Assembly (NCBI GenBank): GCA_036172245.1
Contig: JAYWIR010000022.1
Location: 2,480,001-2,544,000, forward strand
Length of the DNA: 64,000 nucleotides
Reading direction: 5' to 3'
Source: Raillietiella orientalis
Lineage: Eukaryota
In this document: piece by piece, positions 63,811-64,000 of the stretch
How positions within the stretch are numbered: the first letter of the stretch is position 1
Layout: the number at the start of each line of letters is the position of its first letter
The notes under the pieces: model-generated
Database searches by the model: none
What the model was told of the DNA's origin: nothing
Seen by the model: the letters and a program-made list of their open reading frames with translations, nothing else
Made by a program: the position numbers and the translations under genes

Positions 63811-64000
63811 AGTTAATTTATTAAATGAAATTTCTCAGGTTGACTAAATGGGGTTGATTTTTATGCTGATTTATGAGCTGAGATTTTGAGCTGTAAAGTT
63901 GCATGATGAAATAGATTGCTATTATTTAATCATCATAAATGAATGGCTGAGTTGAAATCTTGTCAGCAAAGGAACTCAGAATAATGATATTTTAATACAA

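Noticed and set aside
1..64000. CRISPR arrays, rRNA genes, prokaryotic operons
   Set aside because: No repeat-spacer arrays or rRNA motifs were seen, and the spliced genes show the DNA is eukaryotic.

Overview
Eukaryotic (animal-like) genomic DNA, essentially a transposon graveyard around three spliced host genes. The genes are a tetraspanin (-, 22075-23840, 7 exons), CHID1 (+, ~33989-35383) and CMC1 (-, 59950-60392), mostly with very short 40-57 nt introns. The rest is mainly decayed mobile elements, recognised by manual motif reading: several copies of an L1/Tx1-clade LINE family nested inside one another with visible target-site duplications, two non-LTR relics of R2/NeSL type (one clear, one probable), and Gypsy, BEL/Pao, Copia, DIRS, mariner and pogo relics. 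There are also two copies of a tRNA-headed SINE-like element, one with a paralogous empty site in the same window. The most notable signals are: (1) a conserved AATAAA + CCCGG-N5-CCGGG hairpin that ends five diverged LINE copies with almost no poly(A) tail; (2) LINE insertions into the endonuclease-coding region of family members; (3) the tRNA-headed element; (4) a strong minus-strand bias of old TE relics; (5) sharp GC/CpG-rich versus AT-rich/CpG-poor domains. Boundaries of degenerate TEs are approximate and their family calls come from motif recognition only; no searches were run.
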